Sequence record: GQ981382
Length of the DNA: 64,000 nucleotides
Origin: Shigella phage SP18
Reading direction: 5' to 3' (one strand)
In this document: piece after piece, positions 37,077-46,922 of the stretch
How the letters are laid out: the number at the start of each line of letters is the position of its first letter
Numbering within the stretch: the first letter of the stretch is position 1
Translations under genes and position numbers: made by a program
The notes under the pieces: generated by a model
The model's input: only the letters and a program-made list of their open reading frames with translations
The model's database searches: none
Told to the model about the DNA's origin: nothing

Positions 37077-37331
37077 TTACCTCAGCAGTTTGTATCCAAT
37101 AAGCTTTTTAATGTACTGGATATCTTTGACATCCAAATCCAACTTAAGGTCTTTCAGACGGTCACCCAGGGTCAAAAAGGTTACATGTTTCCAATTCTTC
37201 ACTGAGCAACAATAAGTCTTAGGCCCATTTGCAATTTCAATATTTTTATCTGTGACGGTGATAAAAATCAAACGTTCATCATCAAGATTAAGGGTGGCGA
37301 CATTTTTCATTGAATGTAATTTCAGGCTCAT
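37077..37331 (-). CDS. hypothetical protein
   Basis: 84 aa ORF. Confidence 0.45.
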   Translation of the reverse strand: MSLKLHSMKNVATLNLDDERLIFITVTDKNIEIANGPKTYCCSVKNWKHVTFLTLGDRLKDLKLDLDVKDIQYIKKLIGYKLLR

Positions 37332-37510
37332 AATTTAGGTCCTTTTGCAACTGTATTGAACAAGCTACGGTCACACACCATCAACGGAGCATCAGGCCAT
37401 TTCAAAGGACGATACCATACATCTTGGTCCGTCACTTTGGTTACTTGCACAGGATAGCCATTTACTGAATAATACTGGTCGGCTTTAATTTCTTTATCTT
37501 CAATAACCAT
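37328..37510 (-). CDS. small hypothetical protein
   Basis: about 60 aa after trimming promoter leader (STTDEENKM). Confidence 0.45.
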   Translation of the reverse strand: MVIEDKEIKADQYYSVNGYPVQVTKVTDQDVWYRPLKWPDAPLMVCDRSLFNTVAKGPKL

Positions 37511-37541
37511 TTTGTTTTCCTCATCAGTAGTTGATGGGATA

Positions 37542-37571
37542 ATGATACACCGTTCAAAGGGGCTTGTACAC
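37542..37571 (-). promoter_or_regulatory. early promoter (GTGTAC -35, TATCAT -10) with ATCAACTACTGATGAGG leader
   Basis: recurrent cassette immediately downstream of nrdH. Confidence 0.5.
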
Positions 37572-37577
37572 CCCTTT

Positions 37578-37895
37578 TTAATCTTCAATTAAGTCCTGGT
37601 CATACCCCAGGGATATCAGTTTTGTTTTAAAGGCAGGAATATTTGTCATTTTTTCATCATTGACAAAAATCACTGGGTAACGAATGTTAAGGGTAGGATA
37701 TCCAGCACGCTTAGCCAAAGACACGATTAATGGCCTGTCATAAGCGATTTCAGAGCCTTGTTTGTTAAGGACTGAATAGAATGTATAAGGAAGGTTTAAG
37801 GAGCCCAGAAGGCTCCTGACGTGCATACAACCTGGGCATCGACCGACTTCTTCGGGGATACCATAGATTTCAATCTTAGTCGAGTTTTGGTCCAC
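37578..37895 (-). CDS. nrdH: glutaredoxin-like protein NrdH
   Basis: 105 aa; CPGC redox motif; adjacent to nrdG/nrdD as in T4. Confidence 0.7.
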   Translation of the reverse strand: MDQNSTKIEIYGIPEEVGRCPGCMHVRSLLGSLNLPYTFYSVLNKQGSEIAYDRPLIVSLAKRAGYPTLNIRYPVIFVNDEKMTNIPAFKTKLISLGYDQDLIED

Positions 37896-38175
37896 AGGAA
37901 ATCACTCCTTGGTAGTTCCAGGTTTTAATAACTTCTTCATCGCTGGCAGTTGCGTACGGGACATAAACCTGAATAAGGAAACCCGTGTCATCGAAAGAGA
38001 AATAAACCGTCGGTTTGATTCCATGAATCTCAGACAATGCATAGATGTCTTTAAGGTCTTCTTCCTTACCGACAAAGAATTCCGGGTCCAGGTCACAGTC
38101 GTGGAAGTACCATTCATCACCGAACTTGTCCCATGCGGTCCAATTAGTAGCTACATATTCTTCAAAACGTTTCAT
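37876..38175 (-). CDS. hypothetical acidic protein
   Basis: 99 aa ORF. Confidence 0.5.
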   Translation of the reverse strand: MKRFEEYVATNWTAWDKFGDEWYFHDCDLDPEFFVGKEEDLKDIYALSEIHGIKPTVYFSFDDTGFLIQVYVPYATASDEEVIKTWNYQGVISCGPKLD

Positions 38176-38411
38176 TCTTTCACCTTCAGCATTTTTGCAA
38201 TGGTACTATGAATAGTCTGGATTCTTTTGTTGAATTCAGAGCTTTCGAGGCCAGGATTGGTGCTTAACCAACCGATAATAACAAACAGCAAACCAAACGG
38301 GATAGCCAGAATAAGCAGACAAACGATGAACAACACAAGCGTTATGTTTGCCAGAATATCTGCTGTAGCATTACGAAATTTATTCATATTTACCCTTAAT
38401 TGATTAACCAA
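38172..38411 (-). CDS. small membrane protein
   Basis: 79 aa with one strongly hydrophobic segment. Confidence 0.5.
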   Translation of the reverse strand: MVNQLRVNMNKFRNATADILANITLVLFIVCLLILAIPFGLLFVIIGWLSTNPGLESSEFNKRIQTIHSTIAKMLKVKE

Positions 38412-38501
38412 GCATTGATAAACACTAAACTATACTGCGAATAAAATTCTGGACCAAAACGAAAAATCATATCATTTATAGTATCCATAATGTAATTCAA
38501 T

Positions 38502-38972
38502 TTAATCATGTTTCCACACCCCATCGGTATTTGACCAAAGTCGCTGATTATCTGACCCTCGCCACAGTTTTTTGGTCGGAAGATTTTTCTCATACTTCCC
38601 ATCAATAATAACATCAACATATTTAAGCATTTCTAGTTGTTTAATATCTTCAAACTTATATCCCGTCCACATCCAAATGCTTTTATTGGGATAAAGATTT
38701 TTAATAGTTTGAACCACAGAGTGAATAACATCTCGGTTATCAGGATAGAGAGGGTCTCCTCCGGTTATAGTTAATCCTTCTATATAATCATTATTCAAAC
38801 ATTCAATTAATTGTTCTAGTGTTTTACCAGTAAATGGAACACCATTTCTAGCATTCCATGTTGATTTATTATAACACCCTTCGCATTTATGCAAACAACC
38901 TGTAACGAAAAGAACGACCCTACAACCAGGGCCATTCACAAAATCACAAGGATAAATTCTATCATAATTCAT
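38502..38972 (-). CDS. nrdG: anaerobic ribonucleotide reductase activating protein NrdG (radical SAM)
   Basis: 156 aa as T4 NrdG; CxxxCxxC radical-SAM cluster motif (CLHKCEGC). Confidence 0.85.
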   Translation of the reverse strand: MNYDRIYPCDFVNGPGCRVVLFVTGCLHKCEGCYNKSTWNARNGVPFTGKTLEQLIECLNNDYIEGLTITGGDPLYPDNRDVIHSVVQTIKNLYPNKSIWMWTGYKFEDIKQLEMLKYVDVIIDGKYEKNLPTKKLWRGSDNQRLWSNTDGVWKHD

Positions 38973-40786
38973 TGATGTTTAACCCTATGCATGATTTCTT
39001 TATTTTTGCCGAGATTAAATCCACGTTCGTTCGGATTCCCCAAATAGCCGCATGTTCTTCTTATTGTGTTCATCTTTTTAGGGTCAGTTTCTCCACAAAT
39101 AGAACAAACAAATCCGTTTTCAGTAGGAGTCATTTCATGGGTACTTCCACACGTAAAACATTTATCTACTGGCATATTAACACCAAAATAATCTAAATGT
39201 TGTGCAGCATAATCCCATACAGCCTCAAGACCTTTTAAGTTATTTTTCATATCAGGAAGTTCAACATAAGAAATGTGACCACCTGTTGCAATGAAATGAT
39301 ACGGTGCTTCGCGAGAAATCTTTTCAAACGGAGTAATATTTTCTTCTACTGAAACGTGGAAACTATTAGTGTACCAGCCTTTATCAGTAACATCTTTTAC
39401 ACTTCCATATTTTTCGGTATCAAGTTTACAGAAGCGATAGCACAGGTTTTCAGCAGGAGTAGAATACAAACTAAAAGCAAATCCGGTTCTTTCAGTCCAC
39501 TGCTTAAGACGAGCATTCATTTTAGTCAAAATTTCTTGTCCAATATCACGACCGACAAGAATATTCAATTCGTGAATACCAATGTATCCTAAGGACACTG
39601 AACTTCTACCGTTTTTAAATAACTCAATTATATCGTCATCGGGTTTAAGACGAACCCCGAATGCACCTTCTTGATAAAGAATAGGAGCAACAGTCGCTTT
39701 AACTCCTTTTAAGGAACTAATTCTACACATCAAAGCTTCAAAACATAAATCCATTCGCTCATTGAACAATTCAGTAAATTTCTGTTCATTGAACTGTGTT
39801 CCAATATAAGAATCTAATGCAATGCGAGGAAGATTCAGTGTTACAACACCAAGATTATTACGTCCATCAAGAATTTCATTACCAGTCGAATCTTTCCATA
39901 CGCCCAAGAAACTACGACAACCCATTGGAGAAACAGGAATAGATGAACCAGTGATAGCTTTGTTATTCTTAGCTGAAATGATATCAGGATACATTCTTTT
40001 GCTTGCACACTCTAAAGCAAGCTGCTTAATATCATAGTTTGGGTCGTCTTTATAAAGATTAACACCTTCTTCAACGAACATAACAAGTTTAGGGAAAATA
40101 GGAGTTATCCCATCACGACCAAGACCTTTAATACGATTTTTCAGAATTGCTTTCTGAATCATTCGTTCGGTCCAGTCAGTTCCGGTACCAAATGTAATTG
40201 TCACAAAAGGAGTCTGACCATTTGAGCTAAAGAGAGTATTTACTTCATATTCATAAGCTTGGAATGCATCGTATACGTCTTTTTCTGTTTTAGATTGGGC
40301 ATAATTCAACGCATCAGTGATTTGCCATTTTTCCGCGTCCTCAATATGTTTCGCATAGGTACGTTTAACATAAGGAGAAAGTACTTTATCTACATTCGCA
40401 AAAGTCGTTCCGCCATATTGATGGGAAGCAACCTGCGCAGTAATTTGTGCCATAATTGCAGTAGCAACACTGATTGATTTAGGAGTTTCAATCTGTGCAT
40501 TACCGAGTTTAAATCCGTTCTCAAGCATTCCTTTTAAATCTACTAAACAGCAATTAGTAAATGGAAGAGCAGGGGAATAATCAATATCATGGAAATGAAT
40601 AATTCCGCTTTCATGTGCTTTCATAATAAAAGACGCGACCATATTTTTGGCAATATGTTTAGATACAATACCAGCCATAAGGTCACGTTGAGTTGGAAAA
40701 ACACGAGAATCTTTATTAGCATTCTCGTTTAAAAGGTCTTTATTAGTTTTATGAATCAATCCTTCAATTTCGTTTTCAATTGTCAT
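38969..40786 (-). CDS. nrdD: anaerobic ribonucleoside-triphosphate reductase NrdD, uninterrupted
   Basis: 605 aa as T4 NrdD; C-terminal glycyl-radical region and CxxC zinc motifs; no intron. Confidence 0.9.
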   Translation of the reverse strand: MTIENEIEGLIHKTNKDLLNENANKDSRVFPTQRDLMAGIVSKHIAKNMVASFIMKAHESGIIHFHDIDYSPALPFTNCCLVDLKGMLENGFKLGNAQIETPKSISVATAIMAQITAQVASHQYGGTTFANVDKVLSPYVKRTYAKHIEDAEKWQITDALNYAQSKTEKDVYDAFQAYEYEVNTLFSSNGQTPFVTITFGTGTDWTERMIQKAILKNRIKGLGRDGITPIFPKLVMFVEEGVNLYKDDPNYDIKQLALECASKRMYPDIISAKNNKAITGSSIPVSPMGCRSFLGVWKDSTGNEILDGRNNLGVVTLNLPRIALDSYIGTQFNEQKFTELFNERMDLCFEALMCRISSLKGVKATVAPILYQEGAFGVRLKPDDDIIELFKNGRSSVSLGYIGIHELNILVGRDIGQEILTKMNARLKQWTERTGFAFSLYSTPAENLCYRFCKLDTEKYGSVKDVTDKGWYTNSFHVSVEENITPFEKISREAPYHFIATGGHISYVELPDMKNNLKGLEAVWDYAAQHLDYFGVNMPVDKCFTCGSTHEMTPTENGFVCSICGETDPKKMNTIRRTCGYLGNPNERGFNLGKNKEIMHRVKHQ

Positions 40787-41256
40787 TTTAAACTCTTTCT
40801 AAGCTGCTTCTTAAATGAAGCCATTAATTGTGTTTTGGTGTCAGATTCATTATAAGTCATACCATTCAAAAGCATTTCCCGAATCATTTCTTCTTTTCCC
40901 AGGCGACCGAACTCTTTGGCTTTGTCTGTTACAAAATTGGGGTGAATATTGTTTTCGGTATAATCAGATTTCAGATAGACAAGCAAACTCTCTAACCATT
41001 CCAGGTAGTCAACATCGCGACTTTTTAGACCCGAACGGCTGAACTTATGCTTCATTTGTCCTTCTGTTCCATTGCACAGATTGCATAGTAACCCGCGAAC
41101 CTTACCGGCTTTTGGTCCGTTCAATTCGTGGTCATGGTCAAGATGGTTGGCCTGAACATCAGAGTCCAAATCACGGTGGCAAATTGGACACTTACCAGCT
41201 TGTGCATCATAAAGTTTTTGTTTTTCTTCTTTGTATAATTTGCCAGTCAACAACAT
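40783..41256 (-). CDS. 49: endonuclease VII (Holliday junction resolvase) gp49
   Basis: 157 aa as T4 endo VII; N-terminal Cys zinc site and His-rich nuclease motif (HLDHDHELNG). Confidence 0.85.
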   Translation of the reverse strand: MLLTGKLYKEEKQKLYDAQAGKCPICHRDLDSDVQANHLDHDHELNGPKAGKVRGLLCNLCNGTEGQMKHKFSRSGLKSRDVDYLEWLESLLVYLKSDYTENNIHPNFVTDKAKEFGRLGKEEMIREMLLNGMTYNESDTKTQLMASFKKQLRKSLK

Positions 41257-41261
41257 AATAA

Positions 41262-41290
41262 AACCCTTACCATTATTAGATAAGGGTATT
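41262..41290 (-). promoter_or_regulatory. hairpin sequestering the gene 49 Shine-Dalgarno (ACCCTTA-loop-TAAGGGT)
   Basis: 7-bp perfect inverted repeat whose 3' arm (TAAGGGT) lies 6-12 nt upstream of the gene 49 ATG. Confidence 0.5.
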
Positions 41291-41386
41291 TATTAATATC
41301 CTAATAGTTTAGCAGTGCAACTTAGCACTAACAACAATCCGAATAAAGCAACTCCGGCCCAAAATACCGTAATAAGAGCATCCATA

Positions 41387-41563
41387 TCAGACCCCGTAGA
41401 ACGAGCGATGCAAACGTTTAAATTGACGAATCATCTTTTTAGTAGGACGGGTATATAATCCTACACAGGTGGCCATAAACTGGTCAGTAGGGCTTCCTTT
41501 GATAAGAAGTTTCCAGACCTTGTCACCGTTTAACTTTTCGGTATAGACTAATGCAGTTTTCAT
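41387..41563 (-). CDS. small basic hypothetical protein (~58 aa, below cutoff)
   Basis: ATG overlapping upstream stop (TAATG); hand-derived. Confidence 0.35.
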   Translation of the reverse strand: MKTALVYTEKLNGDKVWKLLIKGSPTDQFMATCVGLYTRPTKKMIRQFKRLHRSFYGV

Positions 41564-41832
41564 TAAACAATCCTAAAACAAGGATAATGGCATTCAACGT
41601 TACCATTATCAATTATCATATACTCAGTGATACAGGTCCATGACCCTTCAATTTCTATGGTATCAAAAAGGTATTCATCTGTTTCAACAACGTCCCAAAC
41701 ATTACATTCAACGTCAGGGTCAAAACGTTGTCTTAACGCATGGATAACATCACCATTTTTAAATCCTGCGTCTTGAAGCTCTTTCATAAAACCTGATTGA
41801 GCAGCATGAATATTAACAATTTCTAAAAACAT
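41563..41832 (-). CDS. hypothetical protein
   Basis: 89 aa ORF. Confidence 0.5.
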   Translation of the reverse strand: MFLEIVNIHAAQSGFMKELQDAGFKNGDVIHALRQRFDPDVECNVWDVVETDEYLFDTIEIEGSWTCITEYMIIDNGNVECHYPCFRIV

Positions 41833-42005
41833 TAAAAGACCTCATCAGAAAAGCGGAGTTGGGCTTCAAGCCAATGAATGTAGTCAGCTGCAGCAAAAAT
41901 TAAAGCAGATTCTTCATCGGGTAACTTACGAGAATCTGACAATTCGTAAAGCGAATGCTCAATCAGACGGCCTTTATGGCGGCCAACTTCAATTTTGGTA
42001 CTCAT
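41832..42005 (-). CDS. small hypothetical protein (~57 aa, below cutoff)
   Basis: stop overlaps downstream ATG (TAATG); hand-derived. Confidence 0.3.
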   Translation of the reverse strand: MSTKIEVGRHKGRLIEHSLYELSDSRKLPDEESALIFAAADYIHWLEAQLRFSDEVF

Positions 42006-42122
42006 ATCCAAACCCCATATCGATTAAATCATTGTTTGAAGGTTCATTATAATCTATTTCGGAATCGTTGTAAACAGGTTCCTCTGGCTCGACAGTTTCC
42101 CATCGAGCGGTATACCATGGTT

Positions 42123-42443
42123 TTATAGCGTAATCCATTCTCTGATAGTTTGGGTTACGACACGTTCTTGGAGCTTAACCAGTTCAACAGTCGGGACCAT
42201 ATGGTCCCAGTCAGTATGATAAGAGCCGGTACGAGTTTCGTTTACAGCCACATGCACATTATGTTTTTTGCTGAAATAAATTGCCTGGCGATATTGGTAT
42301 TTGCCGGTTTGTGTCCATTCGCCTAATTCAACCGGAACCAGGTAGTCCGAAAATTCAAACTCGTATGATTCAGTAAACGCATCATGGTCTTCAATGATTT
42401 CGCTTAAAACAGCATCAACATCTAATTCATTTTCAATAGTCAT
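42123..42443 (-). CDS. hypothetical protein
   Basis: 106 aa ORF. Confidence 0.5.
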   Translation of the reverse strand: MTIENELDVDAVLSEIIEDHDAFTESYEFEFSDYLVPVELGEWTQTGKYQYRQAIYFSKKHNVHVAVNETRTGSYHTDWDHMVPTVELVKLQERVVTQTIREWITL

Positions 42444-42748
42444 TGGTCACTCCAATAGCTTGATACTTCAAAATCAGGCTCGCCGTTTTCCCAGTACCAA
42501 GGACCAACCGGATGCCAATCACCATGCTTATCTTCTTCATATTCTTCAGATTCAAGCCCAACGTATTGCCATTGGACTTCATAAGCAGTGCCGCCGATTA
42601 CAACAGTGTTCTCACCATATGGATTAGCCACAGCAAAGTCAATACCTTCTGCTTTAGCCAGCCAAACCATATATTCGTATAGCTTATATTCCAGGTCATC
42701 TTCGGTACCATCACCTAGAAAAATGGTTTGTTCGTTTAATTCAATCAT
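42440..42748 (-). CDS. hypothetical acidic protein
   Basis: 102 aa ORF. Confidence 0.5.
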   Translation of the reverse strand: MIELNEQTIFLGDGTEDDLEYKLYEYMVWLAKAEGIDFAVANPYGENTVVIGGTAYEVQWQYVGLESEEYEEDKHGDWHPVGPWYWENGEPDFEVSSYWSDQ

Positions 42749-43081
42749 AATTCCACCATAAATTCAAATAGCTGGTCACGTACACAAGTATCAGTCCAAC
42801 CCCATTCGTTGGCTTCTTCTTTTAACCAATCCGGGAGATTTGCCAATACGGTTTCTTTACTAGGCGCAGGAGTATCAAACTCTCTTGCGCAGGTTTCATA
42901 AGCTTTATCAAATTCGGTCATTTAAAGTTCCAGAATGAAGCACCAACCAGAAATAAAGGCCAACAAATCATAGACGTCAGCCACCAGCAAAAGTCACCTG
43001 CACCGAAATCATCTAATTTAGCTAGGGTCTTAGCATAACCAATACCGATGATAAGATACAAAACACCCAACAATAATTCAA

Positions 43082-43345
43082 TCATTTAAAATAAGCTCGC
43101 AGTTGGTCGAAGCCACCAATATGACTTCCATCAGGGGCAAATACCTGTGGCATGGTCAAACCAATTTGAGATTCACGACCAAGCGCAACCAGGAGTTGAG
43201 CAATCTTCTCATCATCAAACACACCTTTTTCAGGCATAACGTTAATGAATTCGTAAGGTTGTTTTTTAACGTCAAGTAAACGTTTTGCATTGTCACAGAA
43301 AACGCAACGATGAATGTTTGAATCGTAGCCATATACTTTAAACAT
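43082..43345 (-). CDS. nrdC: thioredoxin/glutaredoxin NrdC
   Basis: 87 aa as T4 NrdC; CVFC redox motif. Confidence 0.8.
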   Translation of the reverse strand: MFKVYGYDSNIHRCVFCDNAKRLLDVKKQPYEFINVMPEKGVFDDEKIAQLLVALGRESQIGLTMPQVFAPDGSHIGGFDQLRAYFK

Positions 43346-43346
43346 A

Positions 43347-43604
43347 TTATTCCTTAATTCCTAATACTTGTTTGAAGGTCTCAGTATAATCGGAGTATTG
43401 ACCGGTTTGTTCTTTATGTTTGACCATAATACCATAAACTTCTGAACGCATATTATTATATGAACGAGTTAAAGCAGATTTCAATACTGAATAACTATCC
43501 GGAAGTTTACCGTGTTCTTTATAATAGGCCAGAGTTAATTCACGGACCGCCTTATCAGCAGTCTCAAGATATTCTTTACGCTTTGCCATTTTCTTCTCGC
43601 TCAA
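43347..43604 (-). CDS. hypothetical protein
   Basis: 85 aa ORF. Confidence 0.5.
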   Translation of the reverse strand: MSEKKMAKRKEYLETADKAVRELTLAYYKEHGKLPDSYSVLKSALTRSYNNMRSEVYGIMVKHKEQTGQYSDYTETFKQVLGIKE

Positions 43605-43869
43605 ATTTGTGTTTGCAATGTCTGCATTTATAACGAAGATTACTAGTCTGCCAATGGACTAACTGGACCTGTTCAGTTCCACATTCTGGACAGTTTGGAA
43701 CGCTCTTAGAAGCACGTTCCCGGCGGCGAACCATAGCCATTACCATATCCCAATCAGGAACCTGACTATAATCATCAGTCCAGTTTATAAGACCTTTATT
43801 AACCCCCGCTGCGGGGGTCCATTCTGGAAATGCAGTTTCTGCAATATCTTCAGCTAAACGTTGTTTCAT
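43576..43869 (-). CDS. hypothetical zinc-ribbon protein
   Basis: 97 aa; CPECG...CRHCKHK Cys4 motif. Confidence 0.5.
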   Translation of the reverse strand: MKQRLAEDIAETAFPEWTPAAGVNKGLINWTDDYSQVPDWDMVMAMVRRRERASKSVPNCPECGTEQVQLVHWQTSNLRYKCRHCKHKFEREENGKA

Positions 43870-44855
43870 TTCAGCAGCTCCAGAGCCTGTTCCAGTTTAT
43901 CCAGACGATTAGTTGATTCTTCCCAAAGTCGCTTGGCTTTGGTATAGTCTTCAGTTGCCTTTTTATTAACAGCAAGAGCTTCATTATACGCCGTTTCCAG
44001 GGCAACAATTTCAGGCGCTTTTTGTTTCACCGGCTCGTTGTTCAGATTATCAATCAGGTCTTCAAGGGTGGTTTCTTGTGGTGCATTCATAATTTCCTCA
44101 CTTTTCTTTTTATAAATTTCTGCAACAGTTGGTTGTTTTGCACATTTAACTTCGTGTAATGTCACCACAATTTTCCAACCTTTCCAACCATGAGCACTGG
44201 TGATAGGGTCTACTTTAATTTTTTCAACAGTGCGCATATAGTTAAGGGCACACTGCATCTGTGAAGTAAGCGTGCTCGCAGCATCAAGATACTTTTTGAC
44301 ATTTTCTGGAGTAGCTACTGGAGTAAAGAACTCATGCTTAACTGTAATAATTACCTGGTTTTCCCCAGACTCTTTAACCTTGACCATGTGCTCAGCCAAA
44401 TGGGAGATAGTGCGATAATCACCATCCATCAATTTTGTCGCTGATTTTATGATAGACATTTTGTTATCTCTGAATTCACGCGCCCAGCGATGGGCGAATT
44501 CAGAAACAGTATAGCCTTGTTTATCAAGGTAGTATTTTTCAACGTCACCAAACCAATGATAGCCAATTGTACCTTTGCCGCGGTTGGATTCAACACCAAA
44601 CTTATGAAGAAGGTCTTTATTAACCAGGTATGACAGGACTCGGGAACCTTTAAAAGTTTTCTTGATATCATCGTTACCTGCACGACTCGCAATAGTTGCA
44701 ATGTCTTTCTTGAAGCGACCAGATGCAACAATCGTCGAGTCAATCTGATTTAACCAGAAATTGATAATCGAAAGGATAGACAATTCACCTGTTAATGGTT
44801 TTACTTTTGCGTCGATAGTGGTGTTAAAGGCCTGGATATATTCGTTACGTGTCAT
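43866..44855 (-). CDS. hypothetical protein (329 aa)
   Basis: long ORF with coiled-coil C-terminus; no recognised motif. Confidence 0.55.
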   Translation of the reverse strand: MTRNEYIQAFNTTIDAKVKPLTGELSILSIINFWLNQIDSTIVASGRFKKDIATIASRAGNDDIKKTFKGSRVLSYLVNKDLLHKFGVESNRGKGTIGYHWFGDVEKYYLDKQGYTVSEFAHRWAREFRDNKMSIIKSATKLMDGDYRTISHLAEHMVKVKESGENQVIITVKHEFFTPVATPENVKKYLDAASTLTSQMQCALNYMRTVEKIKVDPITSAHGWKGWKIVVTLHEVKCAKQPTVAEIYKKKSEEIMNAPQETTLEDLIDNLNNEPVKQKAPEIVALETAYNEALAVNKKATEDYTKAKRLWEESTNRLDKLEQALELLK

Positions 44856-44913
44856 AGTGTTCTCCTCATAAAGTAGGAATTCATTATACTCCCTCCATCC
44901 TTGGAAGTAAACA

Positions 44914-45291
44914 TTATTTTAATGCTAAAATCGCCGCCTGCAATTTATTGCGTTGTGTTTCCATGTTCTTGATGCGATTCAGAACATCCTGGATACCCTT
45001 TTTCTCATCTTCAATCAGACCATTTAAGCGGTTGACTGATTCCTGGATAGCATCAGCATGATGTTTCTCAATAGGCTTCATTGATGGGTTAAAGATTCCA
45101 AGAGAGCTAGCCGGTTTGACTTTCCATTGGTACATATTTTTAACGTCCAGCGGTGAAATAGGCTGTGTTTTATATTGACCTGCAAATGCTGGACCATATG
45201 ATGCGGATGATGCGATAGGGGTACGTTCTGTCATTTCTGGTTCCTTTTTCTCCTGATAAGGAGCGTAAGACAAAAGATATTCTTTAGTCAA
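44914..45291 (-). CDS. hypothetical coiled-coil protein
   Basis: 125 aa ORF. Confidence 0.5.
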   Translation of the reverse strand: MTKEYLLSYAPYQEKKEPEMTERTPIASSASYGPAFAGQYKTQPISPLDVKNMYQWKVKPASSLGIFNPSMKPIEKHHADAIQESVNRLNGLIEDEKKGIQDVLNRIKNMETQRNKLQAAILALK

Positions 45292-45305
45292 TTTAATATC
45301 AATGG

Positions 45306-45818
45306 TTATAGTTTTAAGGAATTTTCCGTTTGGTGGATATAATTTGTATCTTCTTCAAACGTGTATGCTTCAACAGCATGGCGCATATAAAACAGCGCAA
45401 TACCCATAACCTCTTTAAAGGTATCACAAAGAGCAACATCACCCTTGGTGGTTGGCTTGAACTTAATCTGCACACCATCATTCTTGATATTGATAATCAA
45501 GTTACTGGAGGTAAAATTATAGTTCTTGATGTTAACTGGAGCTTTACGAATACGAAGTCCAGCTGCCAGGATTTCCTTGATACTCTTACGAACTGTGACA
45601 CCAAACAAAAACGCAGGGCGGCGGCAGTAATCATTCAGAGAGTTAATTCTTACAATACGTTGACCATACCCCTGGGTGGCAGAACCAGATTTGATTTTGC
45701 CAAAGTTAACCAGAGAATTCATCGCAATAAGACGGGTTGCACGTCCTTCACGCTGTTCAAATCGAGAATATTCTTTACGTGTTTTAATGTTCATATCAGA
45801 GTCCAAATAATTTTTCAT
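45306..45818 (-). CDS. hypothetical protein
   Basis: 170 aa ORF. Confidence 0.5.
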   Translation of the reverse strand: MKNYLDSDMNIKTRKEYSRFEQREGRATRLIAMNSLVNFGKIKSGSATQGYGQRIVRINSLNDYCRRPAFLFGVTVRKSIKEILAAGLRIRKAPVNIKNYNFTSSNLIINIKNDGVQIKFKPTTKGDVALCDTFKEVMGIALFYMRHAVEAYTFEEDTNYIHQTENSLKL

Positions 45819-46011
45819 AGAGTTTAGCGATAGGCCACAGAATTAGCATACATAACCAGGCAAAGCAAAATACTGGCCATACAAATGTAATGAATACCGC
45901 ATCATAGCTTGATTCAATTTTAACCGGGTTCCATGCGCCTGTTTTATGCGCAATCAAAGCAGTAATAAATCCTATCACAAGATAAGCAAGAATAAAACCA
46001 ATAATTTCCAT
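45796..46011 (-). CDS. small two-TM membrane protein
   Basis: 71 aa, hydrophobic. Confidence 0.5.
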   Translation of the reverse strand: MEIIGFILAYLVIGFITALIAHKTGAWNPVKIESSYDAVFITFVWPVFCFAWLCMLILWPIAKLYEKLFGL

Positions 46012-46013
46012 AA

Positions 46014-46859
46014 TTAATCCTTAAGAAGATTTAGGATATCGATATATTTCTGACGTTCAGCCTTGGCTTTAGCATTCAGACCGGAGAGTCGGAAAATCTC
46101 ATCATCTTGTTGTTGAATTGTAACATTCAAGCAAGTAAGCAAATTGCTAAAATACTCAATCTGGACTTGATGCTTCTCATTGCTTCGCACTGGAACAGGT
46201 TCCATTTTAGGAGCTTGTTCTGAAGAGTCTTCAGCCAGGTCTTTAATTTTATAAAGTTTAATACGCTGACCTGCTCCAGTTTCGGCATCACCAAAACTAA
46301 GAACACCGTGCTGTTCTAATTCAGACAAGGCCAATCGGAGATGGAACTTCCAGTTGTCGTATTGACATCCACTGTAATGGGAAATGGTATACTCATTTTC
46401 ATTTCTGGGGTGGTTAACAATACTAAAGATAATCCAATCACCCGAACCATTGGTCTTAAAGGTCATTTGTTTATCTTGACCTTTTGCAAGGCGAGCACCA
46501 AGAGCCAGTAAACGTCGTTGGTTGGCATGAAGGTCTTTAACCACTTCATCAAACGTCATGGTGCTAATCGCACGACCATAAAGGTCGTAACCTTTGTTAT
46601 AATTTTTAAGAATAATTCTGGCATTAGCACGAGACAACATACCTGTTTTACGAAGAGTTTTCATGACTCGGTCTTCTAACGTAAACGAACCTTTAGTCTT
46701 GTCAAAGATTTTAGTGAAGTCATTTTTAACAGTACAAACATTGAACTTGTCCCACATCATATATAGAACCTTTTCAACCACATCTTTAGTGCTTGGAATA
46801 CTGTTAAATTTAACAACTTTTTTAACTTCAGAACGAATTTCATTAATTGCTTGTGACAT
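46014..46859 (-). CDS. hypothetical protein (281 aa)
   Basis: long ORF, no recognised motif. Confidence 0.55.
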   Translation of the reverse strand: MSQAINEIRSEVKKVVKFNSIPSTKDVVEKVLYMMWDKFNVCTVKNDFTKIFDKTKGSFTLEDRVMKTLRKTGMLSRANARIILKNYNKGYDLYGRAISTMTFDEVVKDLHANQRRLLALGARLAKGQDKQMTFKTNGSGDWIIFSIVNHPRNENEYTISHYSGCQYDNWKFHLRLALSELEQHGVLSFGDAETGAGQRIKLYKIKDLAEDSSEQAPKMEPVPVRSNEKHQVQIEYFSNLLTCLNVTIQQQDDEIFRLSGLNAKAKAERQKYIDILNLLKD

Positions 46860-46922
46860 AATAATTTCCTCAATAGATTAATCAAAGGTCAGAACCATTA
46901 TACCATCCTTGGTATAAAGCGT

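Noticed and set aside
38396-38620. 74-aa ORF overlapping the 3' end of nrdG
   Set aside because: Most of it overlaps nrdG in another frame; only a short C-terminal portion (about 37 aa) lies in the intergenic gap, so it is unlikely to be expressed as annotated.
38969-40786. Group I intron or homing endonuclease in nrdD, as in T4
   Set aside because: The nrdD ORF is continuous at 605 aa with no interruption, and no HNH/GIY-YIG endonuclease ORF lies nearby.
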